The notes under the pieces are model-generated. The model was given only the letters and a program-made list of their open reading frames with translations. It made no database searches and had not been told where the DNA came from. A DNA stretch of 12,046 nucleotides from a bacterium (GTDB lineage Bacteria > Zhuqueibacterota > Zhuqueibacteria > Oceanimicrobiales > Oceanimicrobiaceae): assembly GCA_046757525.1 (NCBI GenBank), contig JBHHYI010000127.1, positions 1 through 12,046 of the forward strand, given 5' to 3'. The position numbers were made by a program, and so were the translations under genes. Below are positions 1 through 6,275 of the stretch, one piece after another (within the stretch, counting starts at the first letter, position 1; each line of letters begins with the position of its first letter).

Positions 1-1560
1 GATCCTGGCGAGATCTTTGCGCAAGAGCCGGCCGAGGGCACCAAAGTGTCGGTGGGGACGCCCGTGTATTTGAGCGTAGCAACTGCCGTGGGGCTGATGG
101 AGGTCTCCAACTTAGTCGGCAGGCCCCTCGAGGAGGCAAGTGGTGTTCTCCACGACCTCCGCTTGCAGATGGTTGCCACCCCTGCAAAAACGGACGAGCA
201 CCAGCCAGGCATTGTCGTTGACCAACGACCCGCTGCGGGGGCCAAAGTGCCGTTAGGAACACCGGTGTATTTGACCGTGTCGACCACGGCGGACCTGGTG
301 CAGCTCACCAACCTGGTGGGAAGAACACTCGAGACTGCCAGCACCATTCTGCACGACGCTGGGCTGCAAGTCGTGGTGACGGAGGAGGATGCTCCCAAAA
401 GTGCGCCCGGCGTTGTGCTGCGCCAGCATCCAGCCGCAGCGACGCAAATTGGCTCAGGGAATCCAGTATACCTGGTAGTAGCAGTTGGCGCGGAAGCGGC
501 AGCTCCTGCCGAAACCGAGGTAACGCCTGAGACCTCCGGACCAATCGCTGAAGCAACGGCGGCGGTGACGGTTCCCAACCTGGCCGGACGCACCCTAAAA
601 GAAGCGCAAGGCGTGCTGGCCGAAGCCGGGCTGCTCACGGCCGTGCGTGTTGAAGAAGAGATTTCTGAGCAGACGCCTGGCACGGTGCTGCGTCAAAGTC
701 CAGCCGCTGGAACCCCTGTGACAGCCGGAAGTTCGGTCCGATTGGTAGTCGCAGCCAGGCAGGCTTTTAGTTTCAACCTAATTTTCGTGCTGCTCAGCGC
801 AGCCCTGGTATTGGCTGTGGCCTTTGCCGTTCTGAGAGCCAAGAAAATCGCTTTCTTGCCAAAACCGGCCGTACTATTCGAACCCCAGGTAAAGATAGGC
901 TCGCAGGACATTCGAACGAGCAAGCGTCTCAAGTCAGAGATGGAAGTGCGGTTGAAGCCAGTTTTGGACTTTGGCCAGCAAGCTATTCAGCTCGAAGGTC
1001 GGGCACCGAAGCCCGCTGCCCTGGACCATTCCCCCACTACCAGCGAAGGTGATTCTCCACAGAATGCGGTCCCCGGTTCCAGGATTAGGCGTGGGCCGAA
1101 AGCAACAAACGAGATGACATCGCCTCAACTCGATCCCGGCAAGCCGATCAAGTTTGCCTGGCAACTGCGCCTGAAGCCGGTCCTGGATGACGGCAAGCAA
1201 GAGCTGCGAGTCGACGGCGCTTTAATCCTCAGGGAAAAAGACAGGACTAAACTGAGGGCCGGGACGATCGCTGCAGTCGAAGACGCTGCCACATCCGTTC
1301 ACGACGATTTAACTCAAATCGAGGGCATCGGTCCCAGGATTTCCCATCTGTTTCAAACTGCCGGCATTACCACGTTTGCCGGATTAGCCGCCGCAGACAC
1401 AGCCTACTTGCGGAAGATCTTGCAGAATGCTGGCATTTGGATCGCCGATCCGACCACCTGGCCCGAGCAAGCTGAGCTGGCTGCCAGCGGCAACTGGGAT
1501 GCGCTGAACACGCTGCAGCAAGAACTCAAGGGAGGCCGACGGGTGTCAGCCCACAATTGA
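1..1560 (+). CDS. Multi-PASTA-domain single-pass membrane protein with C-terminal helix-hairpin-helix (DUF4332/HHH_5-like) domain; 5'-truncated by the window edge
   Basis: The frame is open from base 1 (DPGEIFAQEPAEGTKVSVGTPVYLSV), so GTG46 is probably not the true start. One partial and three complete PASTA-type repeats (NLVGR.LEEA...L...L ... PG.V..Q.PAAG..V..G..V.L.V) span 1-~755. A hydrophobic helix FSFNLIFVLLSAALVLAVAFAVL (766-834) is followed by RAKK. C-terminal DDLTQIEGIGPRISHLFQTAGITTFAGLA...WPEQAELAASGNWDALNTLQQELKGGR (1303-1539) matches the HhH-type module. Stop TGA 1558-1560. Confidence 0.85.
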   Translation, partial: DPGEIFAQEPAEGTKVSVGTPVYLSVATAVGLMEVSNLVGRPLEEASGVLHDLRLQMVATPAKTDEHQPGIVVDQRPAAGAKVPLGTPVYLTVSTTADLVQLTNLVGRTLETASTILHDAGLQVVVTEEDAPKSAPGVVLRQHPAAATQIGSGNPVYLVVAVGAEAAAPAETEVTPETSGPIAEATAAVTVPNLAGRTLKEAQGVLAEAGLLTAVRVEEEISEQTPGTVLRQSPAAGTPVTAGSSVRLVVAARQAFSFNLIFVLLSAALVLAVAFAVLRAKKIAFLPKPAVLFEPQVKIGSQDIRTSKRLKSEMEVRLKPVLDFGQQAIQLEGRAPKPAALDHSPTTSEGDSPQNAVPGSRIRRGPKATNEMTSPQLDPGKPIKFAWQLRLKPVLDDGKQELRVDGALILREKDRTKLRAGTIAAVEDAATSVHDDLTQIEGIGPRISHLFQTAGITTFAGLAAADTAYLRKILQNAGIWIADPTTWPEQAELAASGNWDALNTLQQELKGGRRVSAHN

Positions 1561-1657
1561 GGATTTCTCGGCTCAGCTTCACTCAACCGTGCCTAAAAGC
1601 CCCCGCAATTCGGTGTAACCGGATTGCTTTAATAGTCGGAAACGCCAAAGGCAGCCC

Positions 1658-1731
1658 TGTCATGCAGGAGGCATCTTGTTACTGGTCATCAGCACTGCGC
1701 AGCCAGCAAACAGGATTCCTCCTGAATGACA
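1658..1731. repeat. Imperfect 23-bp inverted repeat (REP/RPE-like palindromic element)
   Basis: tgtcatgcaggaggcatcttgtt (1658-1680) matches the reverse complement of aacaggattcctcctgaatgaca (1709-1731) at 20/23 positions. TGTCAT...ATGACA ends are typical of small intergenic palindromic repeats. Confidence 0.75.
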
Positions 1732-1786
1732 CTAAAGGCTGTAATAAAAGGCGGCGACAGTTAGGCGTTTCCAGAGAGCACTTGGC

Positions 1787-1897
1787 GAGTCATCCCGAGT
1801 AGGTCACCGTTTCTCAGGTGACCGTATCGAGGGGTGACGGCCGTCGCCCTTCGATACGTCCCGACCAAAAACCGGTCGGGACTACTCAGGACGACTC
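1787..1897. repeat. REPIN-like cruciform element: two inverted GTAG+hairpin units forming a four-way junction
   Basis: Outer stem gagtcatcccgagtag 1787-1802 / ctactcaggacgactc 1882-1897 (14/16). Arm 1 gtcacc 1803-1808 / ggtgac 1817-1822. Arm 2 cgtatcgaggggtgacgg 1823-1840 / ccgtcgcccttcgatacg 1841-1858 (16/18). Arm 3 tcccgacc 1859-1866 / ggtcggga 1874-1881. Confidence 0.85.
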
Positions 1898-1995
1898 CCT
1901 TTGGGCTCAAAGACAAGCAACTGTCATTTTGCTTCAGAGGAGCATTTCATAGCAGTTGCACCCTATTAATGAAGCCAAAGGCCGAACCGGTCACT

Positions 1996-2044
1996 CGACG
2001 CTGAGCGTCGGTAAGGGCGTTACCACGGAGACCGTGGGAACGAG
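1996..2044. repeat. Double-hairpin REP-like element
   Basis: cgacgc-tga-gcgtcg (1996-2010) is followed by ccacgg-aga-ccgtgg (2023-2037) and gaacgag. This resembles the GACGCnGAGCGTC...CCCACGCnGAGCGTGGGAACGA class of intergenic repeats (recalled consensus, not verified). Confidence 0.6.
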
Positions 2045-2229
2045 AGAAAGGAACCCGGGGATGACACAAAAATGGCCCTTTTGGGACAGCCCCATGGGCT
2101 ACGCAAACGAGACGTTTGCGTCATGAAGAACAGGCGTTTCCTAAAAGTAACGGATGGCCGAACACTCAAAATGGTTCACAAAGCGCGATTTTCGTCCCAA
2201 CACTAACTAAATGGAGGAAAGGCATAACC

Positions 2230-2820
2230 ATGAAAAACACTCAAACGACTCTGAGTCGATTCTTCCCACTCGAACAATTGTCGCAAGATCGATTATCTGA
2301 AATAACCGAAAGCAAAGAGTTCAGCTCGATCAAAGCGAAGATTGCCAGAGAACTGAAAGGGGTGCCGGTACCCGCCTCATTATTTGAACTGATGCTCAAG
2401 CAGGTCCACGATTTGCTCGACATCGATCTTGCAACGATTCTGGCCAGAGCCTGGAGTCAACACCGAGCCTTGCAAGACTATCTGGACCAGAAAAAATATC
2501 CGCCTGGTGAAAGCGTTCTGGTTCCGCTGCTTGAACACACGATCATCTCCGAACATGCGCCTTCCTTGGAACCCACGATTAATGATCTGCCACTGGGTGA
2601 AATCACCTTCAACGTAAATCTCGAACTCAAGCTCCAGGGGGCGGTTCTGAAGATTCAAGATGGAAAGATCAAACAATTCAGCATTGGGTCTTGCCAAGGC
2701 AAAGGCTCTGTGAAGTACGCTGAGTTTCCGATCCTGGAGCAGGAGAGCTCAGAGTGGCCACTCGGCGGCACCATCGATCTGGGCGACGGGGTGGCCATTC
2801 CGCCTTTGCATGCCGCATAG
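2230..2820 (+). CDS. Hypothetical protein (~196 aa, soluble, alpha N-half / beta C-half)
   Basis: Long ORF with protein-like composition. ATG2230 (MKNTQTTLSRFF) follows GGAGG at 2213-2217 and is preferred over TTG2116. No signal peptide or TM segment. The C-half alternates hydrophobic residues (ITFNVNLELKLQGAVLKIQDGKI), suggesting beta strands. Confidence 0.75.
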   Translation: MKNTQTTLSRFFPLEQLSQDRLSEITESKEFSSIKAKIARELKGVPVPASLFELMLKQVHDLLDIDLATILARAWSQHRALQDYLDQKKYPPGESVLVPLLEHTIISEHAPSLEPTINDLPLGEITFNVNLELKLQGAVLKIQDGKIKQFSIGSCQGKGSVKYAEFPILEQESSEWPLGGTIDLGDGVAIPPLHAA

Positions 2821-2917
2821 GAGGGATTGTGTTTGCAGCACTAAAGATGCGGCGACCGTTGTGCAACCTTTTGCTTTTCACCCTGTGTGCAGTTTAAAAA
2901 CTACCCATAAATTTCTG

Positions 2918-2946
2918 TTGATTTTTAAGCACTAAAGCAGTATATT
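2918..2946 (+). promoter_or_regulatory. Putative sigma70-type promoter for the yggS cluster
   Basis: TTGATT (2918-2923), a 17-nt spacer, then TATATT (2941-2946), in AT-rich DNA 20 nt upstream of the yggS ATG. Confidence 0.6.
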
Positions 2947-2966
2947 TCATACTTGCTTGATTTGCA

Positions 2967-3656
2967 ATGTCTATTAAGGAAAATATACAAAGAACCCGTG
3001 CACGCATTGCCAGGGTGTGTGAGAAAACAGGTCGCGATCCGGACGAGATAGAAATTGTCGCGGTGTCGAAGACCGTTGGCGTGCCGCAAATACTGGAGGC
3101 CGTAGAATGGGGCATCATGCAGATCGGTGAGAACCGAGTCCAGGAGGCCTGGAGAAAATACCAGGCGATCGGATCGCGGGTGCGCTGGCACATGATCGGA
3201 CACTTGCAGACCAACAAGGTGAAGCGGGTTTTGCAGTTTGCCAACTTGATTCAATCGGTCGACAGCACGCACCTGGCGCAAGAGCTTCAAAACCAGGCTG
3301 AAAAGAATCAACAAGACGTGGAGATTCTAATTGAAGTGAACACTTCCGCAGAACCGACCAAGTTCGGGTATAAACCAAAAAATGTGCTGGAAGCTGTCGC
3401 TGAAATTGCACAACTTCCGCGCGTGAAAATCAGAGGGCTGATGACCGTCGGCGCCTTTTTGCCGGATCCTGAGGCGGTTCGCCCTTGCTTTCGATTGCTG
3501 CGGAAACTGCGCGATGAGATTTCGGCCAAACACATTCCTCAGGTGGAAATGCGGTATTTGTCGATGGGCATGACGGACGATTTTGAAGTGGCCGTTGAGG
3601 AGGGCTCCAATATGGTGCGCATCGGCCGGGCTATTTTTGGCGCAAGGGTCGTTTGA
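2967..3656 (+). CDS. yggS: YggS/PLPBP family pyridoxal 5'-phosphate homeostasis protein
   Basis: Motifs VAVSKT (PLP lysine), GENRVQE, WHMIGHLQTNK, IQSVDS, IEVNTS.E.TKFG, GLMT, LSMGMTDDFEVAVEEGSNMVRIGRAIFG; 229 aa. Confidence 0.96.
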   Translation: MSIKENIQRTRARIARVCEKTGRDPDEIEIVAVSKTVGVPQILEAVEWGIMQIGENRVQEAWRKYQAIGSRVRWHMIGHLQTNKVKRVLQFANLIQSVDSTHLAQELQNQAEKNQQDVEILIEVNTSAEPTKFGYKPKNVLEAVAEIAQLPRVKIRGLMTVGAFLPDPEAVRPCFRLLRKLRDEISAKHIPQVEMRYLSMGMTDDFEVAVEEGSNMVRIGRAIFGARVV

Positions 3657-3683
3657 GGTTCAAATGCATTTTATGGCAAGAAA

Positions 3684-3983
3684 ATGTTTGTCATTGCAAA
3701 TCTATTTTTAGCCATTGCTAATTTGCTAGATATCGTCCTTACGCTCTACATGTGGATGGTCATCGTGCGTGCTGTGCTTTCGTGGATTAACCCCGATCCC
3801 TACAACCCGATCGTGCAGCTTTTGATCAGGAGCACGGAACCCGCGTTGCGGAGAATACGAGCGTTTGTGCCCAGTTTTGGAGGTCTCGACCTCTCACCGA
3901 TGATTCTGATTCTCGGCCTGTACCTGGCGGAGTCCTTTTTGGTGAGCACGTTTCGAGATTTGGCTTTAGCCATCAGTTCATGA
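3684..3983 (+). CDS. yggT: YggT/YlmG family membrane protein
   Basis: 99 aa hydrophobic protein with RAVLSWINPDPYNPIVQLL...TEP.L..IR..VP..GGLDLSP; canonical position after yggS. Confidence 0.93.
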   Translation: MFVIANLFLAIANLLDIVLTLYMWMVIVRAVLSWINPDPYNPIVQLLIRSTEPALRRIRAFVPSFGGLDLSPMILILGLYLAESFLVSTFRDLALAISS

Positions 3984-4026
3984 GGAAACGTTGAATTAAT
4001 TTATTTTACCCTGGGAGGTGTTTAGA

Positions 4027-4749
4027 TTGAAGCTCACGCCTTTAGACATTAAGAAACAAGAGTTTAATAAAGCCATGCGCGGCTACGACGTGGTGGAAGT
4101 AGACGCGTTTCTGGAAATGGTGTCCGATGAATTCGAAGCTCTCATTCGGGAAAAGAACGAACTTGCCGATGAAGTGTTGATGCTAAAAACCCAACTCAAA
4201 GATTACCAGAATGTGGAGACCACCCTCAAGGAAACTTTGATGAGCGCGCAGAAAAACATCAATGCGTCACGGGAAACTTCTGAACGGCAGGCGGAAATAA
4301 TTGTGCGCGAAGCACAGTTGAAAGCGGAGAAGATTCTGGAAAAGACCAAGTTAAAGCTGGCTGAGATGAAAAATGAGCTGGTCATCGTTAAGGCTCAAAA
4401 GGATTCTTTCGCACGCCGTTTGCGCCACTTGCTGGAGTCCCAATTGGATCTGATCGGCGTGCTGGAGCTCGATGATTTGGGATTTGGAAAATACGAAAAG
4501 AAAAGCCGCAAACCGCGAATTGAGCAAAAGAGTGCGCAGAGCAAGATTGAATTTGAAGGTGTTGCCGACATGCTCCCGGCCGACTCAGACTCAACAAAAG
4601 AAGACGTCTCTGAACGCACGTTTGAGAATGCGCCCGACTTAAATTGGAAAAACAAACAATATGAGGAAGGCGAAAAAAACGAAGAAGAAAGGACACAAGC
4701 GCCAGAACCTTTAAACAAGAACAAAATCTCGGATCAGCTCATAATCTAA
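4027..4749 (+). CDS. divIVA: DivIVA domain-containing coiled-coil protein
   Basis: N-terminal LTPLDIKKQEF.KAMRGYD..EVD.FLE signature, long coiled coil, then a charged low-complexity tail. The start is likely TTG4027 (GGAGGTG at 4014-4020, 6-nt spacer) rather than GTG4018, which lies inside the SD. Confidence 0.9.
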   Translation: MKLTPLDIKKQEFNKAMRGYDVVEVDAFLEMVSDEFEALIREKNELADEVLMLKTQLKDYQNVETTLKETLMSAQKNINASRETSERQAEIIVREAQLKAEKILEKTKLKLAEMKNELVIVKAQKDSFARRLRHLLESQLDLIGVLELDDLGFGKYEKKSRKPRIEQKSAQSKIEFEGVADMLPADSDSTKEDVSERTFENAPDLNWKNKQYEEGEKNEEERTQAPEPLNKNKISDQLII

Positions 4750-4788
4750 TCTCTAAGAGAATTTCGCACTTCAACCAAGGAGGTCACC

Positions 4789-5304
4789 ATGAACTACCGA
4801 CGAGTGTTTGCAGCGTGCTTAATCCCTATCTTAGTGATCGGGTGTGCCAAAAGAGTACCGGTTTATGACGAGGCAGGAAAGCCCATCTCAGAGCGCGAAA
4901 TCAGCAGATACCAGCAGAACTCAAACTTTGTCCTTTTCACAGCAGGTGGCGGTGTTTTGAGCTTTGGCGCGAGCTTTTTTATCGGCACCCTCATCGAGCG
5001 TGCGGCAGACAATTCGAATAATGACGCGGCTCTGTGGGCCACCACCGCAGCCGGCACTGTTGTTGGCACCTTTTTATTTGCCCACCAAGGCAAGAAACAA
5101 GACCGCAAACAGGCGGTTGAAAAGATCAAAGATAGAAGAAAAGCCCTCATTGCCAAAGAACTCAACCAGGAGAAGTCCAGAAGAGAGAAAATTCAAAGTC
5201 AAGTGCAAGCTCTGAAAGCCTTGAAAGAGAAGCAAGAGGCCGAGAGAAGGCGGCTTTTGGAGGAAATCGAAAAACGCAAAAAGAAAGGCGATAACAACTA
5301 CTAA
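4789..5304 (+). CDS. Predicted lipoprotein with two Gly/Ala-rich hydrophobic segments and a C-terminal charged coiled coil
   Basis: Strong SD AAGGAGGT before the ATG. Signal peptide MNYRRVFAACLIPILVIG-C with lipobox-like Cys19. Hydrophobic segments FVLFTAGGGVLSFGASFFIGTLI and ALWATTAAGTVVGTFLFA, then a K/E/R/Q-rich helical tail. Confidence 0.75.
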   Translation: MNYRRVFAACLIPILVIGCAKRVPVYDEAGKPISEREISRYQQNSNFVLFTAGGGVLSFGASFFIGTLIERAADNSNNDAALWATTAAGTVVGTFLFAHQGKKQDRKQAVEKIKDRRKALIAKELNQEKSRREKIQSQVQALKALKEKQEAERRRLLEEIEKRKKKGDNNY

Positions 5305-5327
5305 TCCAGATCGAGTTGGGAGATTGG

Positions 5328-6155
5328 ATGCGAGAATTAAAGGCAAAAATTGCAGAAACGGGCGATCTGCTCAGGGAAAAATCCAGGATAACGCCGCAAA
5401 TCGGCATCATTCTGGGCACCGGTCTGGGTGCCCTGGCGCAAGAAATCGAGCAACAGGCGGTGATCTCCTACGACGAAATCCCACACTTCCCGATTTCAAC
5501 CGTGGAGAGTCACGTGGGGCGCCTGATTTTTGGAACGCTGGGCGGCAAATCGGTGGTAGCCATGCAAGGTCGGTTTCATTATTATGAAGGCTACACCATG
5601 AAACAGATCACCTTTCCTGTGCGCGTCATGAAGTACCTGGGCGCGCAAACGCTTCTGGTGTCCAATGCCTGCGGCGGCATGAACCCGGTATTTTCACCGG
5701 GAGACATCATGATTATCACCGATCACATAAACTTATTCGGTGACAATCCGTTGATCGGCGTCAATGACGATTCCCTGGGACCGCGTTTTCCAGACATGTC
5801 AGAACCGTACTCCAAAGAGCTCATTGCATTGGCCGAACAAATCGCCCTGGAGGAAAGAATCAAAGTTCAGAAAGGCGTCTATGTTGCGGTGAGTGGCCCC
5901 AATTTGGAGACGCGTGCAGAGTACCGGTTTTTGCGGGCTATCGGCGCGGATGTGGTCGGCATGTCTACGATTCCGGAAGTCATTGTGGCCGTGCACAGCG
6001 CCATGCGTGTCTTAGGGCTGTCGGTCATAACCGACGCTTGTTTTCCGGACGCGTTAAAGCCGGTCAACATTCAAGAAATATTGAAGGTAGCGGCTGAAGC
6101 CGAGCCAAAATTGACATTGTTGATGAAACGAGTGACCGAAAGGCTCGTGTTGTAA
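5328..6155 (+). CDS. punA: Purine-nucleoside phosphorylase, trimeric PNP/MTAP (family 2) type
   Basis: Motifs IILGTGLG, STVESH.G, MQGRFHYYEG, NACGGMN, DHINL, GPRFPDMS, GPNLETRAE, GADVVGMST.PE. ATG5328 follows GGAG (5319-5322) and is preferred over TTG5316. Confidence 0.93.
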   Translation: MRELKAKIAETGDLLREKSRITPQIGIILGTGLGALAQEIEQQAVISYDEIPHFPISTVESHVGRLIFGTLGGKSVVAMQGRFHYYEGYTMKQITFPVRVMKYLGAQTLLVSNACGGMNPVFSPGDIMIITDHINLFGDNPLIGVNDDSLGPRFPDMSEPYSKELIALAEQIALEERIKVQKGVYVAVSGPNLETRAEYRFLRAIGADVVGMSTIPEVIVAVHSAMRVLGLSVITDACFPDALKPVNIQEILKVAAEAEPKLTLLMKRVTERLVL

Positions 6156-6275
6156 AGCGTCACTCGATATTTGAATTTTGAAATTAGTTACGAATGCAAT
6201 AAAGACGAACGAAAGGGAACTATTCGCAGCCTGCGCAGAAGTCTTAGATAGGCATGCAGGACCGGAGACGAATTA

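Larger units (their letters stand above)
1737..2091. mobile_element. Possible non-autonomous MITE-like element bounded by imperfect terminal inverted repeats
   Basis: ggctgtaataaaagg (1737-1751) matches the reverse complement of ccttttgggacagcc (2077-2091; ggctgtcccaaaagg) at 12/15. GGCTGTnnnAAAA ends recall IS1182-like TIRs. There is no transposase and no clear target-site duplication. Confidence 0.35.

Noticed and set aside
1557..1802. 81 aa ORF as a real gene
   Set aside because: It runs through two palindromic elements, has no SD, and is not protein-like apart from one 9-residue motif (reported as a low-interest finding).
1658..2091. CRISPR array or tRNA in the repeat-rich spacer
   Set aside because: The repeats are inverted, not regularly spaced direct repeats with spacers, and no cas genes are present. 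The cloverleaf-like element lacks tRNA arm lengths, the T-loop motif and CCA.
2116..2229. N-terminal extension of the hypothetical protein from TTG2116
   Set aside because: No SD before 2116, whereas ATG2230 has GGAGG upstream; the extension looks non-coding.
2837..2937. Direct repeat agcactaaag (2837-2846 and 2928-2937; cactaaag also at 1730-1737) as operator or target-site duplication
   Set aside because: Short, irregularly placed and not flanking a defined element; cannot be told from chance.
6156..6275. T-box riboswitch upstream of ileS
   Set aside because: Only 120 nt, with no GGTGGnACCGCG T-box motif, no Stem I features and no terminator.
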